A stretch of DNA of 62,412 nt, the filler included. It is 7 parts of 7 records of this genome, joined end to end, with 100 filler letters (N's around TTAATTAATTAA, not from the genome) between each part and the next. Parts side by side here need not be neighbours in the genome. Positions count along the whole stretch, not along the records: positions 16,968 to 26,834 come from DRR723986_5903; positions 26,935 to 35,396 come from DRR723986_5907; 5 more parts are not named here. One strand, 5' to 3'. The position numbers and the translations under genes are program-made. This document shows positions 18,653 through 30,194 of this stretch, in pieces (position 1 is the first letter of the stretch; every line of letters starts with the position of its first letter). The notes below the pieces were generated by a model. The model ran no database searches, had not been told where the DNA came from, and saw only the letters and a program-made list of their open reading frames with translations.

Positions 18653-19678
18653 ATGCGCGGCGGGCTTTTTTCTCTGGTCTTGTCCGCCGCGACGCTGTTT
18701 TGTGCCCCTGTTATGGCACAGCAAAACGCACAGATCCTCAGTTTCGATGACCTCGATGGATGGGCCGAGGACGATCATCAAGCCGCGCTTGAGGTCTTCC
18801 TGAACACTTGCCCGGACATGGATGATGGCGAATGGCTGCGCCTTTGTGCCGTCGCGCAACAACACCCCAATGCCCGAACATTTTTTGAGCTGTTCTTTCG
18901 CCCCGTCCTGATCGGCGGCGATGAACCCGCCCTGTTCACCGGGTATTTCGAGCCGGAATTGCAGGGGTCGCTGACGCGCACGTCACGCTACCGCTATCCG
19001 GTCTACCGAATGCCCCCCGATGTGGAGGAGCCATGGCACACCCGACGGGAAATCGAACAGGATGGCTTGCTGGAAGATCAAGGGCTGGAAATAGCCTGGG
19101 TCGATGACGCGGTAGAGCTGTTCTTCCTGCAAATTCAGGGCTCGGGCCGCATTCGTCTGCCCGATGGCAGGGTGATCCGCGTTGGCTATGCCGGGCGGAA
19201 CGGCCATGAATACCGGTCTATCGGGCAGGAACTGATCCGCCGTGGCATCTATCAACCGCATCAGGTTTCTGCGCAGGTGATCGGGTCGTGGGTGCGGCGA
19301 AATCCGACCGAAGGGCGGGAATTGCTCTATCACAACCCGTCTTATGTGTTCTTCCGCGTGATCCGAACGCGGAACCCGAATGACGGGCCCTTGGGTGCCA
19401 TGAACCGATCCATCACACCCTTGCGATCGATCGCGGTGGATCCCCGGTTTACACCGCTCGGCGCACCGGTCTGGATTGAAAAAGATGGGGAAACTCCGCT
19501 TCGTCGCCTGATGATTGCGCAGGATACCGGGTCTGCCATACAGGGCGCGCAGCGGGCGGATGTGTTTTACGGTTTCGGGGACGAAGCCGGGTTGGAAGCA
19601 GGTCGCATTCGCGATCCAGGCCGGATGATCGTGCTGATGCCGATAGAGCTGGCCAACATCATGGTCCCGGACGTCTGA
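18653..19678 (+). CDS. mltA: Lytic murein transglycosylase A
   Basis: FTGYFEP, LQIQGSG, NPSYVFF, AQDTGSAIQGAQRADVF. Confidence 0.93.
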   Translation: MRGGLFSLVLSAATLFCAPVMAQQNAQILSFDDLDGWAEDDHQAALEVFLNTCPDMDDGEWLRLCAVAQQHPNARTFFELFFRPVLIGGDEPALFTGYFEPELQGSLTRTSRYRYPVYRMPPDVEEPWHTRREIEQDGLLEDQGLEIAWVDDAVELFFLQIQGSGRIRLPDGRVIRVGYAGRNGHEYRSIGQELIRRGIYQPHQVSAQVIGSWVRRNPTEGRELLYHNPSYVFFRVIRTRNPNDGPLGAMNRSITPLRSIAVDPRFTPLGAPVWIEKDGETPLRRLMIAQDTGSAIQGAQRADVFYGFGDEAGLEAGRIRDPGRMIVLMPIELANIMVPDV

Positions 19679-19679
19679 G

Positions 19680-20282
19680 ATGGCGCGAAGACGGCCCAAA
19701 TCCCTTAGCGCGGAAGATCGACAGCTATGGTCCGCAGTCACCCGAACCGTCACCTCCGCTCGACCGGAAAAGCCAAAACCGGATCATCCCGCTGCATCTG
19801 ATCCGCATCACCACCCAAAGCCGAAACACAAGCCAAGCTTTGAGGTGCGCGATTTCCGTATTGGTGAAGCCGCAACAAGCGCCCTGCCCGGCAGCCAGCT
19901 TGCTCCCTCGGTCTCGGAACGTCTGGCCCACGCCCCGGTGCGAATGGACCACGGCACGCACAGAAAGATGCTGCGCGGCAAGCTGAAGCCCGAAGCACGG
20001 ATTGACCTTCACGGGATGACTCTGGCGCAGGCGCATCCGGTTCTGACGCGGTTTATTCTTGGCGCGCATGAAGATGGGCTCAGGCTGGTTCTGGTGATCA
20101 CCGGCAAGGGTAAGGACAGGGATGATCCCGGGCCGATCCCGATCCGCCGGGGGGTGCTGAAACACCAGGTTCCCAACTGGTTGCATATGCCGCCGATCGG
20201 GCGCGTCGTCCTGGATATCCGAGAGGCACATATCCGACACGGTGGAACGGGGGCGTACTACGTCTACCTACGCAAGGCGTGA
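19680..20282 (+). CDS. Smr domain protein
   Basis: IDLHGMT, LVITGKG, HGGTGAYYVYL. Confidence 0.92.
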   Translation: MARRRPKSLSAEDRQLWSAVTRTVTSARPEKPKPDHPAASDPHHHPKPKHKPSFEVRDFRIGEAATSALPGSQLAPSVSERLAHAPVRMDHGTHRKMLRGKLKPEARIDLHGMTLAQAHPVLTRFILGAHEDGLRLVLVITGKGKDRDDPGPIPIRRGVLKHQVPNWLHMPPIGRVVLDIREAHIRHGGTGAYYVYLRKA

Positions 20283-21494
20283 CAGGCTGCGCGCGGCGGC
20301 TGAAACGCCGAACCACATCAGGACAGAGGCCAGCAGGAACCAAACCGTGATCCAAAGCATCTGATCGGGAAAGGGAATGCCTCGATCAATCAGAACGCCT
20401 GATATCGCGGGGCCGATGGCAGAGCCAAGAACCATGGCGGCTGTTCCGATGGACTTGATACCGCCGATATGCCTCGTACCGTAGAATTCTGCCCAGAATG
20501 CCGATGGAAGGGTGGAATTCGCCCCAGTCGTCATTGCCATCAGGGCAAAGGCCAAAGCGGCCCACCACAGGGAATCCGCGCTGGCCATGACGATGAAACT
20601 GACCGCAATCGGGATCTGGTAGAATGGCATCAGCCGTTTGGTGCCGAACCGATCAATGGCCCACCCCGCCAGCAGCATGAACAGCGTCGAGATAAGTGTG
20701 TAGATGGGGAACAGGGCGACGAAGCCCACATGGCTCCAGCCTTTGACCTCGGCCAGGTGAACCTGCTGAAAGAACAGCGCCGTCACAAAGGCGGACGGGC
20801 CAAGCACCGATGGCAACACAAACCAGAATAGCGGATGGCGCAGCATCTCGCCCCGCGTCCAGTGCCGGGCTTCCATGCCAAGCGACGCATCGCTTTCCGC
20901 CAATGACTGCGGAGTGCGTTCCTGCCTGAGAAGCCGCTGCATCAGTGGCAGCATCAATAGAACGAACAGGGCAGAGACGACCCAAAGGTAGTGCCAGTCT
21001 ATCATGACCATCGCTGCCACAAACAAGACCGGCAAGATCGCCTCTCCGATGGCATAACCCGACGCGGCAATTGCCAGCGCCTTTCCGCGCGTGGCAACAA
21101 ACCAGCGGGCCATTGCGACCATTGCGATATGGCTGGTCATTCCCTGTCCGGTGAACCGTAGCAGAAAGATCGACAGCGGCAGCAGCGCGGCATACGGATT
21201 GAACGCCATGAACAGGCACGCAAAGGCCAGGCCTGCAAAAACAATTGCCCCCAGGGTTCTAACCCGAAGCCGGTCGGTCAGAACACCGGACCAGACCATC
21301 ACGACCGCCGATGCGGTGGTGCCAAGAGAGTAGATCAACCCCCAATCCCCATCCGAGAGAGAGAAGGCCGACATGATCTCGCCCGCGAAGATGGAAATAA
21401 AGAAGGTCTGCCCAAAGCTTGACGTAAAGCTTAGCAAGGCCCCGGCGAGGAGAAACGCCGCATTGTCGCGCAGAAAAGACAGCGCCGCTTTCAT
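20268..21494 (-). CDS. MFS transporter
   Basis: About 12 hydrophobic segments; SSFGQTFFIS, DRFGTKR motif A. Confidence 0.88.
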   Translation of the reverse strand: MKAALSFLRDNAAFLLAGALLSFTSSFGQTFFISIFAGEIMSAFSLSDGDWGLIYSLGTTASAVVMVWSGVLTDRLRVRTLGAIVFAGLAFACLFMAFNPYAALLPLSIFLLRFTGQGMTSHIAMVAMARWFVATRGKALAIAASGYAIGEAILPVLFVAAMVMIDWHYLWVVSALFVLLMLPLMQRLLRQERTPQSLAESDASLGMEARHWTRGEMLRHPLFWFVLPSVLGPSAFVTALFFQQVHLAEVKGWSHVGFVALFPIYTLISTLFMLLAGWAIDRFGTKRLMPFYQIPIAVSFIVMASADSLWWAALAFALMAMTTGANSTLPSAFWAEFYGTRHIGGIKSIGTAAMVLGSAIGPAISGVLIDRGIPFPDQMLWITVWFLLASVLMWFGVSAAARSLSRLA

Positions 21495-22582
21495 TGCCCC
21501 ACCGGAGACAGCAGGATCTGGGTCGCGTTGCGCACTGTCAGAACGGTACCGGAAAGCAGATCGACCGGAATATCCCCGTCAGTAGCACCAAGAATGGGCA
21601 AACCCTGCAATAGCTGGATGAGCGACGGAGAGGTCGCCAGTGTCGAATGATTGGTCCAATCCCCGACCCCGGATTGGAAGGCCGAGATATCGACCAGCAG
21701 AACATCGAACTCGGCCACATCCTCTGCCGTTCCCAAATTGCCCAGTCGGTTCTGTCGCCCGGTGATGCCGGCCGACAGGCGCAGTGCGCGGTCGTTGGCA
21801 GAGGTGAAAACAACGAATGGCTGCGGCAGCGGGTCCACGGCACGGGCCTGGCTTTGGAACACCTCGATGTCGATATCGGGCGAAATCAGAACCACGCCTG
21901 ACAGCGACTGAAAAACATCGTCATCCCCGGAAATCCGGATCTGGCGCAGGGTTTCCATTGTGATGTGGCCACCAAGTGAATGGCCCACCAAAAGAATACG
22001 CCGAGCCCCGGCAGCGTGCAGATCCCGTAAGAACGACTCCAGCGCATCGCGGGAAAACGTGGCGCTTTCCCGGTCGAAGACGTAGCCGAACGGCGTTCCT
22101 GCGCTCGGCCAGGCAAAATGCGCGGTCAGGCCGGGGGCGTCATAGTCATGGGCCATCTGGGCAATGCGGAACAGACCCGAGGCGAAGTTGTTGTTGTAGC
22201 CGTGAACGAACACCACGACCTCCCGATCCTCTGGCGGCAGCGCTTGCAACGCATCGCGTATATCGGAACGGAACGCACCGGGGCTGGAATAGCTTCCGGC
22301 ATCTGTCACCACGAAATCCGTTGAAGGATCCGGGACTGTACCTTGCGGCCACGAGACTTCGCCAAGGTCTCGATTGGGCGGGATGGAAACATCAAACCGC
22401 GCATATTCAACCCCGCTTTCGCGGCCAGCCGTAAAATGCTGATCCTCAAAGGCGCGGTTGGTGGCGACGAAAATGGTCCGCATGCCAGCATCCGGGACGG
22501 TGCGGGTGACCATGGCGATATTGGGCGGGGTGCTGCATGCAGCCATCAGGCAGACAAGCGCAGCGCAAAGAAAACGAGTCAC
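21491..22582 (-). CDS. Alpha/beta hydrolase (DUF900-like) lipoprotein
   Basis: Lipobox LMAAC, IFVATNR, VFVHGYN, GHSLG, SPDID. Confidence 0.85.
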   Translation of the reverse strand: MTRFLCAALVCLMAACSTPPNIAMVTRTVPDAGMRTIFVATNRAFEDQHFTAGRESGVEYARFDVSIPPNRDLGEVSWPQGTVPDPSTDFVVTDAGSYSSPGAFRSDIRDALQALPPEDREVVVFVHGYNNNFASGLFRIAQMAHDYDAPGLTAHFAWPSAGTPFGYVFDRESATFSRDALESFLRDLHAAGARRILLVGHSLGGHITMETLRQIRISGDDDVFQSLSGVVLISPDIDIEVFQSQARAVDPLPQPFVVFTSANDRALRLSAGITGRQNRLGNLGTAEDVAEFDVLLVDISAFQSGVGDWTNHSTLATSPSLIQLLQGLPILGATDGDIPVDLLSGTVLTVRNATQILLSPVGQ

Positions 22583-22615
22583 GGGATTGGGCCGGCGAAT
22601 AGATTGTTCGCCGCC

Positions 22616-23929
22616 CTATAGCACGTAGCGCCCCAAATCGGCAGAGCGCATAAGCTCGCCCAGATTCTTTTCCACGAATGCGGCATCCACGACAACGGCC
22701 TCCCCCGGCCGGTCCGGGGCGGTAAAGCTCAGCTCTTCGAACACCCGTTCCATCACCGTATAAAGCCGCCGCGCACCGATGTTTTCGACGCTGCTGTTCA
22801 CCTCGGCCGCGATGCCAGCCAGCGCCTTGATCCCGTCCTCGGTAAAGCTGACCGTCACCTCTTCGGTGGCCATCAGCGCGGTATATTGCAGGGTTAGGGC
22901 GTTGTCGGTTTCCGTCAGGATGCGCACAAAATCATCCTCGGTCAGCGGGCGCAGTTCCACCCGAATGGGCAACCGGCCCTGTAGTTCGGGCAGCAGGTCA
23001 GAGGGCTTGGCAATGTGGAACGCGCCCGATGCGATGAAGAGGATATGGTCGGTCTTGACCGGCCCATGTTTGGTGCTGACGGTCGTGCCTTCGATCAGCG
23101 GCAAAAGATCGCGCTGCACGCCTTCGCGGGATACATCCGCGCCGCGCGCGTCGGACCGGGCGGACACCTTGTCGATCTCGTCGATGAAGACGATGCCGTT
23201 CTGTTCCACCGCGCGCACGGCTTCACGTGTAACGGCCTCTGCGTCCAGCAGTTTGTCGGCCTCCTCGTCGATCAGCACCTCATAGCTTGCCGCAACCGTC
23301 AGCCGCCGTTTCACGCTGCGCCCGCCGAACGCCTTGCCGAAGATATCGCCCAGGTTCATGCCGCCCATGCCGCCCATGCCGGGCTGACCCGGTATTTCAA
23401 ACATTCCGCCCATGGGGTTGGTGCTCTCTGCGATCTCCAGCTCGATCATCTTGTCGTCCAATTCGCCCGAGCGAAGTTTCCTGCGGAACATCTCACGCGT
23501 CTGTTCGCGCGCATCGGTGCCAGCCAGCGCCTCGATCACCCGTTCCTCAGCGGCTTCATGGGCATTGGCCTTGACCTCTTCGCGCATATGTTCGCGCACC
23601 ATGATCAGCGCCGCATCCACCAGATCGCGGATAATCTGTTCCACGTCACGGCCGACATAGCCCACTTCGGTGAACTTCGTGGCTTCAACCTTGATGAAGG
23701 GCGCGCGGGCGAGCTTTGCCAGACGACGGCTGATTTCCGTCTTGCCGACGCCCGTTGGCCCGATCATCAGGATGTTCTTTGGATACACCTCATCGCGCAG
23801 ATCATCGCCCAGTTGCTTGCGCCGCCAGCGGTTGCGCAGGGCCACAGCCACGGCGCGCTTGGCGTCCCTCTGGCCGATGATGAAACGATCCAGCTCGGAC
23901 ACGATTTCGCGGGGGGTCAGGTCGGTCAC
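22616..23929 (-). CDS. hslU: ATP-dependent protease ATPase subunit HslU
   Basis: [31 protein letters not shown]-terminal RYVL. Confidence 0.98.
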   Translation of the reverse strand: MTDLTPREIVSELDRFIIGQRDAKRAVAVALRNRWRRKQLGDDLRDEVYPKNILMIGPTGVGKTEISRRLAKLARAPFIKVEATKFTEVGYVGRDVEQIIRDLVDAALIMVREHMREEVKANAHEAAEERVIEALAGTDAREQTREMFRRKLRSGELDDKMIELEIAESTNPMGGMFEIPGQPGMGGMGGMNLGDIFGKAFGGRSVKRRLTVAASYEVLIDEEADKLLDAEAVTREAVRAVEQNGIVFIDEIDKVSARSDARGADVSREGVQRDLLPLIEGTTVSTKHGPVKTDHILFIASGAFHIAKPSDLLPELQGRLPIRVELRPLTEDDFVRILTETDNALTLQYTALMATEEVTVSFTEDGIKALAGIAAEVNSSVENIGARRLYTVMERVFEELSFTAPDRPGEAVVVDAAFVEKNLGELMRSADLGRYVL

Positions 23930-25011
23930 GATTCAGGCTCCTCAACGGTCAAGAGTTCCCAAGGGGGAAGGCGTGTTTTTCCGGGAAACCCCGGCAGGCG
24001 GATCATGATAGCGCGGCGGATGGTTTCCCATTGCGCACCGAGAACGATCAGCACGAGGCCGAACATCAGAATCGACAGGAAGGCGGCGCCTTCCATCACT
24101 GTGAAGGCCAGTGCCACGATATAGCCGACCCCGGATACCAGAAACGACCGTCGGTCGATGGCAATGGCAAACAGGGCCATGGTCAGAACGAACACCAGCA
24201 GCATCAGCTGTGCGGTCACAGTGCCGATGTCAAATAGCGTGAGGGATACGGTGTTGACGATGGCGGGGGCGGCAATCACGTGCAGCCAGAAACCGCTGGC
24301 GGCGCGGCGGGTGACGCGATGCGGGTCGCTCATGTCAAAGCGCAGGGCAACGGCAAGTCCGATCAGGCCGAGCATGATGGTCAGGACGGCGAAGGGGCCT
24401 TCGGCTGACAGCAGAAACAGATCACGCGGGTCTTCGGGCAATGTACCACCGATTGCGATGATGCCAAAACAGGTTGCGAAGACGCCGAGTGCGATCAGCG
24501 CGACAGCGAAGGGGACGCGAAAAACTGCGTAGTAGACACAAAGCAGAATGGTCGAGACCCCGGCGGCGAGCGTCAGGGTCATGGGAAGCTCGCCGCGTAG
24601 CATCCAGCTGACCCCCATACCGAACTGGGCTGCTGAAATGCCGAAGAAGATAGACAGCGCGATGGAAGGAGCCACCATGCGGCGTTTGAGGGTGAAGTAG
24701 CGGGCCAGGATGACAGCAGCCACACCCGCCAGCGCCGAATAGATCATGGTCGCGACATAACCAATGCCAGAGATTTCAAACAGGCTTAGCCCCGTCAGCC
24801 CAAGCCATCCGACAAAGAAAATACTCAGCCCGACGACGATGAAGATCTCGTTAAAGCCTTTGAACAGCTCAAACGGTTCATCAAGACCGGACATGTGCTC
24901 ACGCGCACCCCGACGCGCGTCGGACAGCGCCAGAAGGGACGCCGCCTGAGCCTCGGATATCATGCCCGCGCCGACGGCGGCACGCACGTCATCGCGGTTG
25001 ATGCCGGTCAT
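23926..25011 (-). CDS. Conserved multi-pass membrane protein of unknown function
   Basis: About 11 hydrophobic segments; [28 protein letters not shown]; overlaps both hslV and hslU. Confidence 0.8.
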   Translation of the reverse strand: MTGINRDDVRAAVGAGMISEAQAASLLALSDARRGAREHMSGLDEPFELFKGFNEIFIVVGLSIFFVGWLGLTGLSLFEISGIGYVATMIYSALAGVAAVILARYFTLKRRMVAPSIALSIFFGISAAQFGMGVSWMLRGELPMTLTLAAGVSTILLCVYYAVFRVPFAVALIALGVFATCFGIIAIGGTLPEDPRDLFLLSAEGPFAVLTIMLGLIGLAVALRFDMSDPHRVTRRAASGFWLHVIAAPAIVNTVSLTLFDIGTVTAQLMLLVFVLTMALFAIAIDRRSFLVSGVGYIVALAFTVMEGAAFLSILMFGLVLIVLGAQWETIRRAIMIRLPGFPGKTRLPPWELLTVEEPES

Positions 25012-25565
25012 GCGCCGATCCGCTCGACCGTCAGATTGCCGTTGGTGTAGACACAGATTTCCGCGGCGATGGCCATGGCGCGGCGAGCGATATCCTCGGC
25101 CTCCATGTCGCTGTCGATCATTGCGCGGGCTGCGGCGAGCGCATAATTACCCCCCGACCCGATGGCGGCGATCCCGTGTTCGGGTTCCAGCACATCGCCC
25201 GCGCCTGTGATGACGAACAGGTCGCGCCCGTCGGTGACGATCAGCATTGCCTCCAGCTTTTGAAGGTATTTGTCGGTGCGCCAGTCCTTTGCCAACTCGA
25301 CGCTGGCGCGCTGCAATTGACCCGGTGTCGCTTCCAGCTTGGCTTCCAGCCGTTCCAGCAGGGTAAAGGCATCGGCGGTCGATCCGGCAAAACCTGCGAC
25401 AACCTCGTGCCCGCCGGGCTTCAGGCGGCGCACCTTGCGCGCACTGCCCTTGATCACGGTCTGGCCAAGGCTGACCTGCCCGTCACCGGCAACGACCACC
25501 TCGCCGCCCTTGCGTATTCCGATGATGGTGGTGCCGTGCCAGCCGGGAAAATCGGATTTGCTCAT
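25008..25565 (-). CDS. hslV: ATP-dependent protease peptidase subunit HslV
   Basis: HG-TTI propeptide junction, GDGQV, GSGGNYA; ATG 25565 with GGAG RBS. Confidence 0.97.
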   Translation of the reverse strand: MSKSDFPGWHGTTIIGIRKGGEVVVAGDGQVSLGQTVIKGSARKVRRLKPGGHEVVAGFAGSTADAFTLLERLEAKLEATPGQLQRASVELAKDWRTDKYLQKLEAMLIVTDGRDLFVITGAGDVLEPEHGIAAIGSGGNYALAAARAMIDSDMEAEDIARRAMAIAAEICVYTNGNLTVERIGA

Positions 25566-25737
25566 GTCGTCTCCTTGCTTCCAACGTATATGACCCCCCT
25601 TGCCGATGGCGACAAGACCTCGCACCCTCTGGCCTTTAGCGTCCGGGCAGCTATTTGCTTGACCGTGACAATTCGTTCGGCACCAATTGGCTTTCACAGG
25701 GTCTATAGTGCCGCCAGCCAAGTAGAGGAGCTATTTC

Positions 25738-26214
25738 ATGTTTCATAAAATGACCTTCGCCGCCGCGATTCTTTCCGCGCCCATGGCCTTTGCCGACAGC
25801 CACGGTGCCGGCCCATCGGGGGATGCAGAAGCGGGTGAAAACCTGTTCAACCGCAACTGTGTTGCCTGCCATGTGGTACGTGACGAGGACGATAATGTCC
25901 TGGCCGGCCGCAACGGGCGCACGGGGCCGAACCTGTATCGCATCTCCGGTCGCGCCTCTGGGTCGATCGAAGGTTTCCGGTATTCTTCCCTCGCCGAGGC
26001 CGCACATGACGCCGGACTGGTTTGGGATGAGGATAATTTCGCGGCCTATGTCCCGAACGCCACTGACTTCCTGAGCGAATTCACCGGCGAGCGTGGGCGG
26101 TCCACAATGACGCCGCAGCGCGTCAGCGAAGCAGAGGCCCGCGATATCTATGCCTTCATCGCCAGCTTTGGCGTGACCGAAATGGAAGCAGAGGAAGAAG
26201 AGGCCTCCCAGTAA
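25738..26214 (+). CDS. Class I cytochrome c (c2/c550-like)
   Basis: Signal peptide, CVACH, GPNLY, FRYS. Confidence 0.9.
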   Translation: MFHKMTFAAAILSAPMAFADSHGAGPSGDAEAGENLFNRNCVACHVVRDEDDNVLAGRNGRTGPNLYRISGRASGSIEGFRYSSLAEAAHDAGLVWDEDNFAAYVPNATDFLSEFTGERGRSTMTPQRVSEAEARDIYAFIASFGVTEMEAEEEEASQ

Positions 26215-26236
26215 GTTCGACCTCGGTTCTGAAACT

Positions 26237-26268
26237 AAAAAGGGCGGCCCCGGAGGCCGCCCTTTTTT
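26237..26268. terminator. Bidirectional rho-independent terminator
   Basis: AAAAGGGCGGCC-CCGGA-GGCCGCCCTTTTTT between convergent genes. Confidence 0.85.
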
Positions 26269-26287
26269 GTTTGCAGTTGATGCAAGA

Positions 26288-26834
26288 TCAATCAAGCGAA
26301 CGCTCGACCTCTTCGCGTTCGAAGATCTCGATAACGTCGCCCTTGCGCACATCGTCATAGTTCTCGAAGGCCATACCGCATTCCTGACCGGACTGGACTT
26401 CCTTGACCTCATCCTTGAAGCGCTTGAGCGTTTTCAGCGTACCTTCGTGGATCACAACGTTGTCACGCAGCAGGCGCACCCCGGCAGACCGGCGGGCAAT
26501 GCCCTCGGTGACCAGACAGCCAGCGACGTTGCCAACGCCAGACACGCGGAACGTGTCCTTGATCTCGGCATAACCGATAAAGTTCTCGCGGACTTCCGCC
26601 GACAGCAGGCCAGAGGCCGCCGCTTTCACATCGTCCACCAGATCGTAGATCACCGAGTAGTACCGGATTTCCACGCCCTTCTGGTTCGCTGTGTTCCGGG
26701 CCGGTGCGTTGGCCCGGACGTTGAAGCCGATAACCGGTGCGCCCGACGCTTCGGCAAGGCCGATGTCGGATTCGGTGATCGCGCCGACGCCCGAATGCAG
26801 GATGCGCACGCGGACCTCGTCGTTGCCGACCTTT
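26288..26834 (-). CDS. infB: Translation initiation factor IF-2, C-terminal part
   Basis: [39 protein letters not shown]. Confidence 0.97.
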
Positions 26835-26934
26835 NNNNNNNNNNNNNNNNNNNNNNNNNNNNNNNNNNNNNNNNNNNNTTAATTAATTAANNNNNNNNNN
26901 NNNNNNNNNNNNNNNNNNNNNNNNNNNNNNNNNN
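26835..26934. other. Artificial contig linker
   Basis: N44-TTAATTAATTAA-N44. Confidence 0.99.
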
Positions 26935-27159
26935 CGGCTACGGCTTCCCGCGCTGGCGCGGCGGGCCGATGCATCTCGCTGGTCAAATAGGGTGGGAAAA
27001 AATCAACGAAATCATGAAGTTGGTGTCTGATGAAAGCCCAAACTCCTGGACACTCGCAGAGCCTGCAACCTGATGAAATAAGATCAAGCCGACGGTTGAT
27101 AGTTACAAAACCAACCATTAACCGACATCACCAATACCATTTTTGAGGGAGGAAACCCA

Positions 27160-28182
27160 ATGGTGAAAATGACTAAACTGACCACTCTGCTGGCCTCAGC
27201 AGCCCTGGCCGTAACAGGTGTCGCAGCCTTTGCCGCGGACCACACACTGACGATTTCCAGCTGGGCGCCACCTACCCACGGCATCAACGCCAAGATGTGG
27301 CCCAAGTTCGTTGAAATGGTCGAAGAGGCCACAGACGGCAAAGTCACCGCCGAACTGAAATTGGGCATTGCCCCTCCTCCTGCACAGATGGACCTGATCC
27401 AAGATGGCGCGGCTGATGCTTCGATCATCTTCCACGGCTACCAGCCCGGTCGTTTCGTCACCACCAAGCTGATCGAGCTGCCCGGCTATGAGGGTTCCGC
27501 TGAGGCCGCTTCGGTTGCTTACTGGCGCGCTTACGAAAAGTTCCTGTCCAAAGCCAACGAGCACCGCGGCGTCAAGCTGATCGCCCTGCACACGCACGGT
27601 CCCGCGCAGCTGCACTCGAATACAGCCGTGACTGACATGAGCCAGATTTCGGGTCTCAAAGTGCGCATCCCCGGCGGTGTTGGCGGCGATGTAGGGTCTG
27701 CTCTGGGTGCCACCGGCATCAAGGTTCCTGCCCCTAAAGTGTACGAAACACTGGCCTCAAACGCCGCCGACGGCGTTGTCATGCCGATGGAATCGCGCAA
27801 AGGCTTCAAACTGACCGAAGTTGCAAAGAACGTCTACGAAGTTCCCGGCGGCCTGTATCGTGGGTCGTTCGCCTTCATCATGAACGAAGACACCTTTGCC
27901 GATCTGCCTGCCGATCTTCAGGCCGCGCTGGACGACAAAGTGTTCGGTGAACCCCTGAGCCGCGAAATCGGCAAAATCTGGGACGAGATCGACGCCATCG
28001 GCCGTGAAGCAACCACCGCGACAGATGGCAACGCGATCAACGCCGCCTCGGCTGCGGATCTGGAAAAGTTCAACGCCATCGCAGCTGACGTGCGCACCAA
28101 GGTCATCACCGAAGTGTCCGACGCCGGCATCGACGCGCAGGCCGCGTATGACCAGATCAAAGCCGACATGGCCGCGAACTAA
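27160..28182 (+). CDS. TRAP transporter substrate-binding protein (DctP family)
   Basis: Signal peptide, VEEATDGKV, GLKVRIPG; upstream of small and large permeases. Confidence 0.92.
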   Translation: MVKMTKLTTLLASAALAVTGVAAFAADHTLTISSWAPPTHGINAKMWPKFVEMVEEATDGKVTAELKLGIAPPPAQMDLIQDGAADASIIFHGYQPGRFVTTKLIELPGYEGSAEAASVAYWRAYEKFLSKANEHRGVKLIALHTHGPAQLHSNTAVTDMSQISGLKVRIPGGVGGDVGSALGATGIKVPAPKVYETLASNAADGVVMPMESRKGFKLTEVAKNVYEVPGGLYRGSFAFIMNEDTFADLPADLQAALDDKVFGEPLSREIGKIWDEIDAIGREATTATDGNAINAASAADLEKFNAIAADVRTKVITEVSDAGIDAQAAYDQIKADMAAN

Positions 28183-28264
28183 GTTCTGATCGACTATCGG
28201 GGCCGCCTATCTGTGGCGGCCCTGCTTACCCCCGACCTGCCAATCCCCCGTGGGAGGAGCCCGC

Positions 28265-28771
28265 ATGACCCCCCTGATCCACCTCATCCGCCGCGCCAGC
28301 GCCCTGCCCGTTTTCGTGGCCTGCTCCGCGCTGTTCGCCCTGATGGTGATGACATTCTGCGACGTCATCCTACGATCTGTTTTTAACTCCCCTATCGAAG
28401 CCGCGACCGAGCTGACCCGCATTCTAATGGCTATTCTGGTGTTCTCCGTGATGCCGATCATTTCCGTGAGTGATGGCCATATCGCGGTCGACCTAACCGA
28501 TGGAATTTTCCACCGCCTGCGTCTCAGCCGCTTGCGCGACGGGATCTTGTACGTCGTCAGCGGCGTCCTGCTGTTCTGGCCGATCCAGCGCATCTGGATC
28601 TTGGCCGAGCGCGCCCGTGATTACGGCGATGTCACCGAATATCTTTCGATCCCGACATATTACATCGGCTGGTTCATTACCGTGTCTCTGGCCATCACCG
28701 CGATTGCCATGATCATCACCGGCATCCTTCACCTTTTTGCCCCTAAATTGCTGTCGGAGTCCGCACAATGA
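28265..28771 (+). CDS. TRAP small permease (DctQ family)
   Basis: DVILRSVFNSPI..ATEL, HIAVDL; four TM segments. Confidence 0.9.
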   Translation: MTPLIHLIRRASALPVFVACSALFALMVMTFCDVILRSVFNSPIEAATELTRILMAILVFSVMPIISVSDGHIAVDLTDGIFHRLRLSRLRDGILYVVSGVLLFWPIQRIWILAERARDYGDVTEYLSIPTYYIGWFITVSLAITAIAMIITGILHLFAPKLLSESAQ

Positions 28772-30120
28772 CCGCCGCCCTAATCGGATTTGCCCTTGTA
28801 CTGGTGCTTGTGCTCGTGCGCATGCCCATCGTTTTTGCCATGGGCCTCGTCGGCACGTTGGGCTTTGCCTACGAACGCGGCGGCTCGATCTTTTCTGAGC
28901 GCGGCCTCAAAGCGGCGATGTCGATGGTTGGACGCCAAACCATGGATACCGCGCAGGATTACGGCCTGTCGGTCGTGCCCCTATTCATCCTAATGGGTCT
29001 GTTTGTGAACAAAGGCGGTATGGCTAAAGAGCTTTACGCCGTTTCCAATGCCTTTCTTGGTCACATGCGCGGTGGTATCGCCATGGCAACCGTCGCGGCC
29101 TGCGGTGGGTTTTCAGCCATCTGTGGATCGTCGCTGGCAACAGCGGCGACCATGTCTAAGGTCGCAATGCCGGAAATGCGCCGTTATGGGTACTCCGATG
29201 AATTGTCGACCGCATCCATCGCGGCAGGCGGAACATTGGGCATCCTTATCCCGCCTTCGGTGATCTTGGTGATTTATGGCCTGTTGACCGAGACATCGAT
29301 TGGCAAACTGTTCATGGCCGGTGTTCTGCCCGGCATTCTGGGCATCCTGTTCTATCTCTTTGCCGTCCGCTGGACCGTCTGGCGCAACCCTGAATCCGGC
29401 CCTGCAGGTGAACGCGCAGGATGGGGTGAACGCGTTAAGGCACTTGGCTCTGTCTGGGCTGTGCTGCTCTTGTTCTTTCTCGTCATCGGCGGATTGTATG
29501 GAGCGTTTGACTTCGAACCGCTGAACCTGACCTTCTCCCCGACCGAGGCCGCAGGCATGGGCGCTGCTGGTGCCTTTCTGATCGCTCTGTTCCGGGGTGG
29601 GCTGACCCTTGGTGGCATTTTTGAGGTTCTCAAAGAAACCTCCTTTACCGCTGCCTCGCTGTTTGCGGTTCTGATCGGCGCACAGGTGTTTTCGAACTTC
29701 ATCAACCTTGCGGGCCTGCCCGAGGCCCTGATCGCCATGGTCACAGCTTACGAAGTGCCGCCCTTTGCGGTGATCCTGATGATCCTCGGCATCTACATCA
29801 TCCTAGGTTGTGTGTTTGAATCGCTGTCGATGCTGCTGCTGACCGTGCCAATCTTCTTCCCGTTGGTCACATCTCTGGGCTACGATCCGATCTGGTTCGG
29901 CATTGTGGTTGTGGTGGTCACCGAAATTTCACTCATCACACCCCCGGTTGGATTGAACGTGTTCATTCTAAAAGGGGTCGTTGGGGATGTTTCAACCGCC
30001 ACCATCTTCAAGGGCGTCACACCCTTCTGGATCGCGGATATCTTCAGGTTGGCCCTGATTGTTCTGGTCCCCTGGGTGGTTCTGGTTCTACCAAATTACT
30101 TCGGGTCCCTCGGGCACTGA
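28768..30120 (+). CDS. TRAP large permease (DctM family)
   Basis: PLFILMG, GSSLATAATM, GTLGILIPPS, ITPPVGLN. Confidence 0.95.
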   Translation: MTAALIGFALVLVLVLVRMPIVFAMGLVGTLGFAYERGGSIFSERGLKAAMSMVGRQTMDTAQDYGLSVVPLFILMGLFVNKGGMAKELYAVSNAFLGHMRGGIAMATVAACGGFSAICGSSLATAATMSKVAMPEMRRYGYSDELSTASIAAGGTLGILIPPSVILVIYGLLTETSIGKLFMAGVLPGILGILFYLFAVRWTVWRNPESGPAGERAGWGERVKALGSVWAVLLLFFLVIGGLYGAFDFEPLNLTFSPTEAAGMGAAGAFLIALFRGGLTLGGIFEVLKETSFTAASLFAVLIGAQVFSNFINLAGLPEALIAMVTAYEVPPFAVILMILGIYIILGCVFESLSMLLLTVPIFFPLVTSLGYDPIWFGIVVVVVTEISLITPPVGLNVFILKGVVGDVSTATIFKGVTPFWIADIFRLALIVLVPWVVLVLPNYFGSLGH

Positions 30121-30129
30121 CACTGACAT

Positions 30130-30160
30130 TCGGCCGGAGCGACCCCCTCGCTCCGGCCGA
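30130..30160 (+). terminator. Rho-independent terminator
   Basis: TCGGCCGGAGCGA-CCCCC-TCGCTCCGGCCGA-TTT. Confidence 0.75.
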
Positions 30161-30194
30161 TTTCGTATGAGCATCAACTTTTTGCATCAAAATA

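Noticed and set aside
26935..26974. Possible start of a divergent regulator gene at the contig edge
   Set aside because: Only about 13 codons are visible; it cannot be identified.
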